A DNA stretch of 7,713 bases from Candidatus Methylomirabilis limnetica (GTDB taxonomy: Bacteria; Methylomirabilota; Methylomirabilia; Methylomirabilales; Methylomirabilaceae), in assembly GCF_003044035.1 (NCBI RefSeq), contig NZ_NVQC01000004.1:1-7713 (forward strand). The letters run 5' to 3'. Positions 1-6,430 of the stretch are shown here, piece after piece. The notes beneath the pieces were generated by a model. The model was given only the letters and a program-made list of their open reading frames with translations. It was not told where the DNA came from and made no database searches. The stretch's first letter is position 1. Every line of letters starts with the position of its first letter. The position numbers were made by a program, and so were the translations under genes.

Positions 1-118
1 GCTTGCAGGTGACGGCGACGTTCTGCTTGAAGACGCCAGAGGCGGGATCGGCAGCTCGTCGGATCTCGTGAGCGCCATGGCAATCGGTGCAGGTTGCGGC
101 AGTGAGATTGCCTTTCTG
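1..118 (-). pseudogene. Internal fragment of a multiheme c-type cytochrome. It is 5'-truncated and runs off the left edge of the window.
   Basis: The minus-strand frame reads ...KGNLTAATCTDCHGAHEIRRAADPASGVFKQNVAVTCK. It has a CxxCH haem-binding motif (codons at 77-91), and a second Cys at 5-7 appears to begin another CxxCH at the edge. There is no start codon or signal peptide. The frame differs from the DUF4338 frame directly upstream. Confidence 0.5.
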
Positions 119-125
119 TAGGATG

Positions 126-581
126 GCCAAACAGGAGACAGGACAGGGGGCGGTGCGAAGCATCGCGAATCAGGTATTTGATGTTTTCCCCTACAGCGCC
201 ACGGTAACCCAGGTAATGATATTGTGACAAGAGGCAGTTGAACAGCGCATAATCCTCCGATTTGAGGCTTACAACCGTGATCCGAAGGGGAATCAATGCC
301 TTGAGACTGTCGCTGATCCCTTCCTTTCGATATGGAACAGATGGATAAGAAGGACGGGACGTAAAAGTAAGTTTCCCCTGGCGGGGAGGCAACACAATAG
401 AGCCAGCTCGCTCCAGTTTCAGCAGGAGGCTGCGGCAGGCCATGTCTTTGTATTGCCCTGTGGGACTTTGCCAGTTCCACAACCTGCAAATCTCCAAAGA
501 GAGGCGGGTGCGGTGCCAGTCGGGGGTGGCAGTAAGCAGCTGTCGGATTTGCTGGACATTTACGGTCATGGATTGTTCCAT
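126..581 (-). pseudogene. N-terminal ~152 codons of a DUF4338 family protein (the domain found in Druantia DruA), 3'-truncated
   Basis: Translation from the ATG at 579-581 gives MEQSMTVNVQQIRQLLTATPDWHRTRLSLEICRLWNWQSPTGQYKDMACRSLLLKLERAGSIVLPP...ALFNCLLSQYHYLGYRGAVGENIKYLIRDASHRPLSCLLFG. This matches family hallmarks I recall (LS..lC..w.W....G.lkDM.CR.lLL.L...G.I.LP; YHYLGY..vGE.lKYL). The expected continuation (SAAW...RD.FIGW and the C-terminal half) is absent after codon GGC at 126-128. This ORF is not in the supplied track because it stays open to the window edge. Confidence 0.6.
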
Positions 582-935
582 GCCGTGGAATATCACATAA
601 AAAAACGCGTGAGTCCAGCAAAAATGAAGGGGTTCATGAAACTTTTTTAAGGGGTATTCCGTCAGGAAGAAATCACACCTGTTTTATTACTCCATGCTCA
701 GTAGCGGCAAATTATGTGCCGAACAGTATTGGGACAGACACTATTTATCGTGACGATTCGTGGTGTTTACGGTCATGATCGCGCATGCCACGGAGTACCT
801 GAATCGTTGCACCCGACCACTCGCATCATGTGAGGCAACAAGGGAATGATCGCCAGGAAGTCTTTCGGAACGACAGGGATTCGAAGGCGCACGACGACAG
901 AGCAGCCACTGCGAAGAGACGGGCTCATCTGGGAG

Positions 936-1240
936 GTGCGCAGGACACTGGACGAGTAAGATACGTATTGCAGAGGGGAAGATCAAGAGAGGATTTCAAG
1001 AAAGAGTGTCTGTCCTTATATCCCGAAGGCCCGAATGGTTTAAAGGGTCAGTAAGCCCTGTGTCCAGTATGCAGAAAGCCGGCGGAAACGTAGCTGATCG
1101 AAAGAGCGATGTGCGTGGTGGATAGAGGAGTCCGAACGCCCGGTATGCAGTCTTGCCGAAGTAATCAACCGAACTGCCGTGATCCGTATGTCCGGTGGTG
1201 TGGGAGGGGGGATGCCGTGAGGCCCCCCTATCCCGATTGG
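936..1240 (+). ncRNA. Group II intron-like structured RNA fragment (domain I-like 5' portion). No IEP/RT and no domains V/VI are detectable. The 3' limit is uncertain.
   Basis: It starts with the intron 5' consensus GTGCG (936-940). Short motifs then follow in the same order as in the Ll.LtrB 5' region, recalled from memory. These are GAGTAAGATACG (954-965), GAAAGCC..GGAAACGTAGCTGATCGAAAGAGCGATG (1074-1111), GGATAGAGGAGTCCGAAC (1120-1137) and GCCGAAGTAATC (1155-1166). A possible long-range helix pairs 947-954 with 1061-1068, and local hairpins occur at 1044-1059 and 1141-1158. No convincing ORF lies in any frame. Confidence 0.35.
1202..1234 (+). other. GC-rich hairpin 24 nt upstream of the YqaJ-like start codon; function unknown
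   Basis: GGGGGG (1206-1211) pairs with CCCCCC (1223-1228) across an 11-nt loop. The stem is extended by GGG (1202-1204) pairing with CCC (1232-1234) across a small internal loop. No T-tract follows, so it is not a canonical intrinsic terminator. Confidence 0.5.
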
Positions 1241-1257
1241 GCATCAAAGGGAGAGAC

Positions 1258-1836
1258 GTGAATACCGCATACACTGTTGTCAATCTTCAACAAGGAACTA
1301 CTGAGTGGCTTGAGTGGCGCAGCAATGGCATTGGCGCATCGGATGCTCCAGCTATCATGGGTGAAAACCCGTGGAAAAGCTCAGCTGATCTACTTTCAGA
1401 AAAACTCGGCACAGCCGAGCAATTCGAGGGCAGCGCGGCAATGGCAAGAGGCACCGCACTTGAGCCGGAAGCCAGAAAGCGATACGAGGCAATCAGCAAG
1501 GTTCGCGTTACTCCCGCTTGCCTCCAAAGCAATAAGCACAAGTGGCAGCGTGCCAGCGTGGACGGCTTGGCAGCCAATGGGAGCACAGTGGTAGAAATCA
1601 AATGTGGCGAAAGCGTCCACAGAAAGACAGTTAGCAGCCGACAAGTGCCAAGCTATTACATCGGTCAGCTTCAGCATATTCTGGCGGTTACTGGGCTGCC
1701 AGGCATTGATTTCTTCTGTTGGTTACCAGGTCTTCAAGAAATCCACCTTCGCGTCGAACGAGACGACCCTTACATTGCTCGGCTCATTGTCACAGAGCAG
1801 GCATTCTGGCAGCAGCTCATAAAGCAAAAAAGGTAG
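1258..1836 (+). CDS. YqaJ-like / lambda-exonuclease-type PD-(D/E)XK nuclease ('phage-type endonuclease'), 192 aa
   Basis: The N-terminus is LQQGTTEWLEWRSNGIGASDAPAIMG, typical of the YqaJ domain. The catalytic-type motifs SVDGL ... VVEIKC (D...ExK) are present, followed by YYIGQLQHIL (Q/Y helix). The preferred start is GTG at 1258, preceded by GGGAGAG (1249-1255). The track start at 1195 adds 21 non-conserved residues that overlap the hairpin. Stop is TAG at 1834-1836. Confidence 0.85.
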   Translation: MNTAYTVVNLQQGTTEWLEWRSNGIGASDAPAIMGENPWKSSADLLSEKLGTAEQFEGSAAMARGTALEPEARKRYEAISKVRVTPACLQSNKHKWQRASVDGLAANGSTVVEIKCGESVHRKTVSSRQVPSYYIGQLQHILAVTGLPGIDFFCWLPGLQEIHLRVERDDPYIARLIVTEQAFWQQLIKQKR

Positions 1837-1948
1837 TTTTAAAGCTCAACAGGGCGCTTCAGCCGATGTCTCTGCCCACGAATCGCTCCGGCAGCGCCGC
1901 GGCTGAGCCCATCAGTTGGGCAGCGACGGAGAGTTCTGAGGCGACACC

Positions 1949-2182
1949 ATGAATCCTACTATTGTCGGCATGATCGTGTTCGCATGTACGTTCGGAGGAG
2001 CGCTGCTCGGAATGTGGTCGCGCACCGCCTTACCAGAGCATCATTTCGACGCTGAGTCGAGAGGCACGGCGAAGGCTGGGATCGGGCTCATCGCCACGAT
2101 GGCCGCGCTCGAAGGTGCGATGGGCGGCCACGGTGTCGGCCGCGCCGAGATCATCGAAACCTACGAGAAGACAAGAAAGTAG
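1949..2182 (+). pseudogene. Small ORF whose first ~54 codons resemble the N-terminus of DUF4239-type membrane proteins; probably 3'-truncated
   Basis: MNPTIVGMIVFACTFGGALLGMWSRTALPEHHFDAESRGTAKAGIGLIATMAAL resembles the TM1 ... LPEHHL..ES.D.VK.G.GLIATM.ALVLGLL pattern I recall for this family. After codon 54 (ending at 2110) the sequence becomes the non-membrane tail EGAMGGHGVGRAEIIETYEKTRK*. A GAGG motif lies 8 nt upstream of the ATG. Confidence 0.4.
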
Positions 2183-2185
2183 CGC

Positions 2186-4363
2186 TCAGCGGCGTACGAT
2201 CTTCCACGTTTGATGGACGCGGGGATCACGCGCGAAGTCTTGTGGAATCGTCTTCCGTGAGATGTTCTCGCTGCGCAGTCCCGGGAACGCCGCCGGGTTG
2301 AACTTGAAGCGTCGGAAATTGGTGGAAAAGAAGAGAATCCCGTCGGGGGTGAGCAGATCGGCGCACTTTTCCACGAGATGAATGTAGCCTTGCTGCAGGT
2401 CGAACACGGTGTCCATGCGCGTCGAGTTGGAAAACGTCGGGGGGGCCAAGAAGATGAGTCCATAGGGCGAGCGCGGCTCGGCAAGCCACTCGCTGCAGTT
2501 GGCGCGGACAAGGTGGTGTGTGTTCCCGGCGATGTTGTTGAGCGCAAAGTTTTGCTGTGCCCAGTCGAGGTAGGTGTTCGAGAGATCGACGCTGGTGGTC
2601 GATGTGGCTCCGCCCTTGGCGGCATAGACGGTGGCGGTCGCGGTGTAGCAAAAGAGGTTGAGAAAATCGCGATCGCGCGCCGCCTCGCCGATCATCGCCC
2701 GCAGGCGCCGGTCGTCGAGGAAGAGGCCGGTGTCGAGATAGTCGCTCAGGTTGATGAGGAAGCGATAGCCGCCTTCGCTGACCTCGCGCACCGCGCTCTC
2801 ACTGCCCTGCTTCTCGTACTGCTCCCGGCCCCGTTGGCGACGGCGCACCTTCAAGAAGATGTCTTTGCGCGGAAGGCCGAGCGCCTCGGGCAACAGGGCC
2901 ATGATGTCCTCGAGACGCTCTTCGGCCTTCTTCTCGTCGACGGTCTTCGGAGCTTGATACTCCTGTACGTGCGCCGATTGTTCGTACAGATCGACGGCCA
3001 CCGCGTACTCCGGGAGATCAGCGTCGTAGATGCGGTAGCAGGACACGCCTTCGCGCTTCGCCCACTTGCGCAAGTGGCGCCAGTTCTTCTGCAGGCGGTT
3101 GACGAACATCTGCGCTTCCGGGGCGGGCGGACGGGGTGGGCGAGGTTTTCGCCACGCCGGCCCGGGATCGTCGGTGGTACGAGCCTTCTCCTTCGAGATC
3201 GGAAATTCGAGCAGACGGCACTCGATGGCGCCGTTCCACAAGATGTGCCGCTTGGCCGCGCGCAGCCCGATGCGCTTGGCCAGCTCCGGGTTGCCCGTGA
3301 AGACGTACCCGGTCCAGCCGGTGAATTCGCGGCGGAGAAGATTGCCGATGGTCTCGTACAGCGGTCCGAGGGAATCCTCCTCGCCCATGCGCTCGCCATA
3401 GGGCGGGTTGCTGACGAGGACTCCGAGCGGCCCTTCACCGCTTGGTGCGCGGCGGCGTTCGAGTGGCCGCGCCTCGGATAGTTCGCGCTTCTCGATATGC
3501 ACTCGCCCTCGCAGGCCGGCCCGTTCGACGTTCTCGAGGGCAATTCGCACCGCGCGACCGTCGACGTCGAAGCCGACGATTGGCGGGATTCTTTTCGCGT
3601 CGCGAATCTCGCTGGCCTCCGCCTCCGCCAATACGCGATGCCACATTTGGGCGTCGTGGCCAAGCCAATTGAGAAACCCAAAGTAGCTCCGCTTCAGTCC
3701 GGGCGCGATGTCCGCGGCGATGAGCGCCGCTTCGATGGGGAGCGTCCCCGAGCCGCACATGGGATCGAGCAGGGGTGTACCGAGCTTGCTGAGCGCCGGC
3801 CAATCGGCGAGCAAAAGGATTGCCGCCGCGAGAGTCTCCTTCAGCGGCGCCTCGGCTGCCTGGGCGCGATAGCCGCGTCGGTGCAGGCTCTCGCCCGACA
3901 GATCGAGGCTGATCGTTGCCTTGTCCTCGTGGAGGTAGACATTGACCCGAACATCCGGCTCGACCACCTTGACCGAGGGGCGCTCATTTTGTTCGTCGCG
4001 AAATTGATCGACGATCGCGTCTTTGGTCTTGAGCGCGCCGAAGTGAGCGTGGGTGATCGTAGAGCGGGACGATCGAAAGTCGACGGCGATGGTCTGCGCC
4101 GGGGTGAGATGCTCCGACCAGCGAATGGTGCGGACGCCATCGTAGAGCGCGGTCTCGTCTGCGGCGGGGAAGGTGCAGAGCGGCATCAAGATTCGATTGG
4201 CGGTGCGTGACCACAAGCAGGCGCGATAGGCCAGTTCGAGCTCCCCGCGAAACGAGGCACCGGCCCGCGTCTCCGAGGTGATCTCCGCTCCGAGAGCGCG
4301 CAGCTCATCGCACAGCAGGTGCTCCATTCCTTGTGCGGTGGTGGCGAAAAAATCCATGGTCAT
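2186..4363 (-). CDS. rlmL: Bifunctional 23S rRNA (guanine2445-N2)/(guanine2069-N7) methyltransferase RlmKL, 725 aa
   Basis: The protein is collinear along its full length with E. coli RlmL. Shared elements include the THUMP-region N-terminus (FATTAQGMEHLL..EL..LGA; WSRTANRI), PLKETLAAAILLLADW, LLDPMCGSGTLPIEAAL, SNPPYGERMG, CYRIYDADLPEYAVAVDLY, VQEYQAPKTVD, NLSDYLDTGLFLDDR, FLNLFCYTATATVYAA, PPTFSNS and IPQDFARDPRVHQTW. A GAAGGG motif lies upstream of the ATG at 4363. Confidence 0.95.
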   Translation of the reverse strand: MTMDFFATTAQGMEHLLCDELRALGAEITSETRAGASFRGELELAYRACLWSRTANRILMPLCTFPAADETALYDGVRTIRWSEHLTPAQTIAVDFRSSRSTITHAHFGALKTKDAIVDQFRDEQNERPSVKVVEPDVRVNVYLHEDKATISLDLSGESLHRRGYRAQAAEAPLKETLAAAILLLADWPALSKLGTPLLDPMCGSGTLPIEAALIAADIAPGLKRSYFGFLNWLGHDAQMWHRVLAEAEASEIRDAKRIPPIVGFDVDGRAVRIALENVERAGLRGRVHIEKRELSEARPLERRRAPSGEGPLGVLVSNPPYGERMGEEDSLGPLYETIGNLLRREFTGWTGYVFTGNPELAKRIGLRAAKRHILWNGAIECRLLEFPISKEKARTTDDPGPAWRKPRPPRPPAPEAQMFVNRLQKNWRHLRKWAKREGVSCYRIYDADLPEYAVAVDLYEQSAHVQEYQAPKTVDEKKAEERLEDIMALLPEALGLPRKDIFLKVRRRQRGREQYEKQGSESAVREVSEGGYRFLINLSDYLDTGLFLDDRRLRAMIGEAARDRDFLNLFCYTATATVYAAKGGATSTTSVDLSNTYLDWAQQNFALNNIAGNTHHLVRANCSEWLAEPRSPYGLIFLAPPTFSNSTRMDTVFDLQQGYIHLVEKCADLLTPDGILFFSTNFRRFKFNPAAFPGLRSENISRKTIPQDFARDPRVHQTWKIVRR

Positions 4364-4414
4364 CTCGCCCTTCGACGCGCGTCGCGAGGGCGGCTCAAGA
4401 GAAGATCTCCTGGT

Positions 4415-4690
4415 CTAGGCGTAGGTGTTGACGAGGGCGCCAGGGATGTAGGAACTCGCGTCGACAGCGTCGCGCGTGATGGCCGTTCCAGAGGAGTGAA
4501 CCGCACGCGATGCCGCCTGGATCGGTGTGGCGCGACGCTGCCTGGAATCTGTGACGGCGGCGATGGCGTCGACAGCACCAACGCGGGCCGCTGCACGGCC
4601 GCAGTGGCGATCGCAACGCTCGGTCCGATTCCCGCCGCGCGACCGTACTTTGTCGTATCGGTCGGCTGCACCGGAGTGGAAAGGCCCAAG
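4415..4690 (-). pseudogene. GC-rich orphan 3' end of an unidentified gene upstream of rlmL; 5'-truncated and possibly frameshifted
   Basis: One minus-strand frame has strongly G/C-biased third positions. It reads ...VDAIAAVTDSRQRRATPIQAASRAVHSSGTAITRDAVDASSYIPGALVNTYA and ends at TAG (4415-4417), 51 nt before the rlmL start. Between about 4600 and 4690 a different frame (..TKYGRAAGIGPSVAIATAAVQRPAL..) looks more protein-like. I cannot assign a family. Confidence 0.25.
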
Positions 4691-4692
4691 AG

Positions 4693-4845
4693 GCCATAGC
4701 AGATGACGCGTGTTTCGCCATAGTTTTTCCGTGTGTCCTCGAACTCCACTGTGATACCAGCAGAGACGAACGTCGCGTCAGCGAAATCTAATCTGCGTCC
4801 CGCTGGCGTATTCTCGCGTGTGGTCGGATCGGACGTGATTCGCAT
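4693..4845 (-). pseudogene. BrnT/DUF497-like toxin remnant: N-terminal ~51 codons, degenerate and 3'-truncated, with no adjacent BrnA-like antitoxin
   Basis: MRITSDPTTRENTPAGRRLDFADATFVSAGITVEFEDTRKNYGETRVICYG loosely fits the DUF497 pattern (i.WD..K...N..KHG..F.dA..vF.......eD.r..YGE.R....G). The Trp and the KHG are substituted, and the C-terminal ..vvvyT.R...iRIISAR half is missing. The reading frame then runs into GC-rich DNA, which creates the artificial 183-aa track ORF 4360-4911. Confidence 0.35.
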
Positions 4846-4936
4846 ACGGTTATTGTAGAGACAAATACCCTGGGTTGCGAGCTCTTTTGATGTGACGCAG
4901 TAGCGTGACATGGAAACCGAACAGGACTTCGGCTGA

Positions 4937-5158
4937 CCTGCCAGCTTTTGGGCAGGTCGTGCCCACTGGGCGAGGCTGAGTCAGACAAGAGACGAGAGTG
5001 ATCCACTCACCTGTCCCACGTGTCACGGCACGATGCGGGTGCGGGCATTGATCGAAGCCGCGGCAGTGATCCGCACGATTCTGGCTCATCGTGGTGTGTG
5101 GGATAGTCCGAAGCGGATTTCGAAACGGGGGGAGAGACCCTCCGGTGAGCGCAGGTGA
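4937..5158 (+). mobile_element. C-terminal tail fragment of an IS91-family (Y2 / rolling-circle type) transposase, 5'-truncated
   Basis: The open frame after TGA (4934-4936) reads ..HWARLSQTRDESDPLTCPTCHGTMRVRALIEAAAVIRTILAHRGVWDSP...*. The motif CP.C.G.MR.iA.Ie...VI..IL.H.G.W is the conserved extreme C-terminus of IS91-like transposases as I recall it. No start codon or catalytic region is present. Stop is TGA at 5156-5158. Confidence 0.45.
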
Positions 5159-5404
5159 CGAGGCGCTGCGGGTGTACGCTGACAGTCAGGTGAGCGACTA
5201 TCACGAGGCGTACGACATCCCGTAATACCTGTGAAGCCAGATAACATGCGGCGTGACAGCAGGGATGGTGTGTGTCGACAGTTGGTGACACTGTGGCGTT
5301 TTGCGGGTCAAACGGTGGTGGTTGCAGATGATGTTGCACATGAGACAGTCGGCAGATCCAACATTCCTCGATTGGTTCTCTGTTCTCCTTAAAATCCCGT
5401 CAGT

Positions 5405-6430
5405 TCATCTGACATTGCGTTGACGCTGCCCTGCGCCGGGTGTACTCTCGGGCCAGTCAAAAAGCAAATTACTATCCTTGAGTTCCATAGGGTGGGGATT
5501 GAGATAGTACTGTTTCTGTAAATACGGTACGGTATATTTTCTGACATAGTGTTTTACCAAAGTAATAGGGACAATTAATGGGATAAGACATTTGCGGTGG
5601 TTTTCAATAACTTCAAGCAACTCCTGCCTTTCATCTGAAGAATTTAGTTTTTTGAAATATCCTGAAATATGCATCAGGACGTTTGCGTTCTTCTTTGGTG
5701 TTGCAAGGAGACTCATACCTTCCATGAAACCTTTAATATAAGCAGAGAACAGGGTTTCCCGTTTAACCCTTTTTGCACCTGCCACGAGTTGACCCAAAGC
5801 TGCGTAATGCCTGGGGCTGTGAGCCAGCATCAGAAGTTTATGGCTGGAATGAAACTCGACCAGATCGCTGATGCTCCTGGATTTCTGAATCTTCTGCCAT
5901 CGCTGAAAAACAAAAACGGTCTCAATAAAGTTTTCTCTTAACTGGGGGTTGTGGAGTCGGCCGTCATCAATTACCGGGGTGAGCGGAAAGCGCTTCATGA
6001 ACGCGCCGCCAAAGATGCCAATGCCTCGCTTAATGGGTATACCAGACAGCGTATGAACCTTTACACCACTAATGCCAGAACTTGGGGATTTGCTCTTAAA
6101 GATGAAGCCGCAGAGATTCTCCTGTTCTAATTCCCCGAGTTTGTTCTCCGCCCATTGCAGCATCTTTTCTGTATGGTCAATGCCGGTCCTGCTGGTTATG
6201 AGTCGAGGAGATTCCGGGCTTCCCACCAGGTGCAAAGGTTCCCGTGGTATGGGAAGCCCGCATTCAAATTCAGGACAAACAGGCACCCATTCGAAATACT
6301 GCCCAAGGGTATCAGTTATAAAGCGGTCGAGTTTGTGCCCACCATCATAACGCACCTGTTCACCAAGTAAACAGGAGCTGATGCCCAATTTGATTTTTTC
6401 ATGCATGGTTTCATGACTCGATAGTTCCAT
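5405..6430 (-). CDS. DUF523 (TudS/YbbK-like, putative Fe-S thiouracil-desulfidase fold) fused to DUF1722 (YbgA-like), 341 aa
   Basis: The N-terminal domain reads KLGISSCLLGEQVRYDGGHK ... PVCPEFECGLPIPREP ... FKSKSPSSG. The C-terminal domain reads NPQLRENFIETVFVFQRWQ ... FHSSHKLLMLAHSPRHYAALGQLVA ... NVLMHISGYFKK ... PLIVPITLVKHY ... YLNPHPMEL. The preferred start is ATG at 6428-6430, with AAGGAG 4 nt upstream. An alternative ATG at 6404-6406 has no SD. Confidence 0.85.
   Translation of the reverse strand: MELSSHETMHEKIKLGISSCLLGEQVRYDGGHKLDRFITDTLGQYFEWVPVCPEFECGLPIPREPLHLVGSPESPRLITSRTGIDHTEKMLQWAENKLGELEQENLCGFIFKSKSPSSGISGVKVHTLSGIPIKRGIGIFGGAFMKRFPLTPVIDDGRLHNPQLRENFIETVFVFQRWQKIQKSRSISDLVEFHSSHKLLMLAHSPRHYAALGQLVAGAKRVKRETLFSAYIKGFMEGMSLLATPKKNANVLMHISGYFKKLNSSDERQELLEVIENHRKCLIPLIVPITLVKHYVRKYTVPYLQKQYYLNPHPMELKDSNLLFDWPESTPGAGQRQRNVR

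Noticed and set aside
559-777. A 12-nt direct repeat TTTACGGTCATG at 559-570 and 766-777.
   Set aside because: Roughly one to two identical 12-mers are expected by chance in a 7.7-kb window under uniform composition. The flanks do not extend the match.
873-890. tRNA T-arm-like GGGATTCGAAGG, and a general scan for tRNA, rRNA and CRISPR repeats.
   Set aside because: There is no acceptor or anticodon stem arrangement around it. No spaced direct repeats or rRNA-like conserved blocks occur anywhere in the window.
838-925. Cobalamin-riboswitch-like words (AAGGGAA at about 839-845, GCCACTG at about 904-910).
   Set aside because: The intervening GGTG.AA.TCC element and the B12 box are absent, and there is no downstream transporter or cobalamin gene.
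1111-1115. A second GTGCG, followed by GGAGTCCGAAC, as an alternative group II intron 5' end or a twintron.
   Set aside because: The motif order relative to a canonical intron fits better with a single RNA starting at 936. With only about 145 nt before the YqaJ start, 1111 cannot begin a complete domain I. It cannot be excluded without a covariance-model search.
1195-1257. GTG at 1195 as the start of the YqaJ-like gene.
   Set aside because: The extra 21 residues (MVWEGGCREAPLSRLGIKGRD) are not part of the YqaJ domain and overlap the GC hairpin. GTG at 1258 has a GGGAGAG Shine-Dalgarno at proper spacing.
453-1283. Track ORFs 453-650 +, 741-986 -, 830-1054 + and 996-1283 -.
   Set aside because: They have no RBS, no recognisable motifs and Arg/His-rich odd composition. 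ORF 453-650 is antisense to the well-supported DUF4338 frame. The others lie in the region better explained as structured or non-coding sequence.
1837-1948. A search for group II intron domains V/VI downstream of the YqaJ ORF, including the hairpin GCTGAGCCCA-tcagt-TGGGCAGC around 1901-1923.
   Set aside because: The stem is only about 8 bp with a bulge on the wrong strand. It lacks the ~14-bp, two-helix domain V architecture with a GNRA loop. The segment already belongs to the high-GC block.
2101-2129. The inverted repeat GGCCGC...GCGGCC downstream of rlmL, considered as a terminator.
   Set aside because: It is a 6-bp stem with a 17-nt loop and no T-tract. It coincides with the proposed DUF4239 truncation point and is typical of random GC-rich palindromes.
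2378-3481. A 367-aa ORF antisense to rlmL, plus other long overlapping ORFs across 2161-4214 (e.g. 2851-3681 -, 3497-4210 +, 2161-2625 -).
   Set aside because: Stop codons are rare in about 65% GC DNA, so long alternative-frame ORFs are expected. The translations are Arg/Pro/Ala/Gly-rich low-complexity sequence with no recognisable motifs. The rlmL frame matches a known protein end to end.
4360-4911. A 183-aa minus-strand ORF offered by the track.
   Set aside because: It is a composite. Only residues ~23-73 resemble anything (DUF497). The remainder is read-through into GC-rich DNA in a Pro/Ser/Arg-rich frame, and it overlaps the rlmL start.
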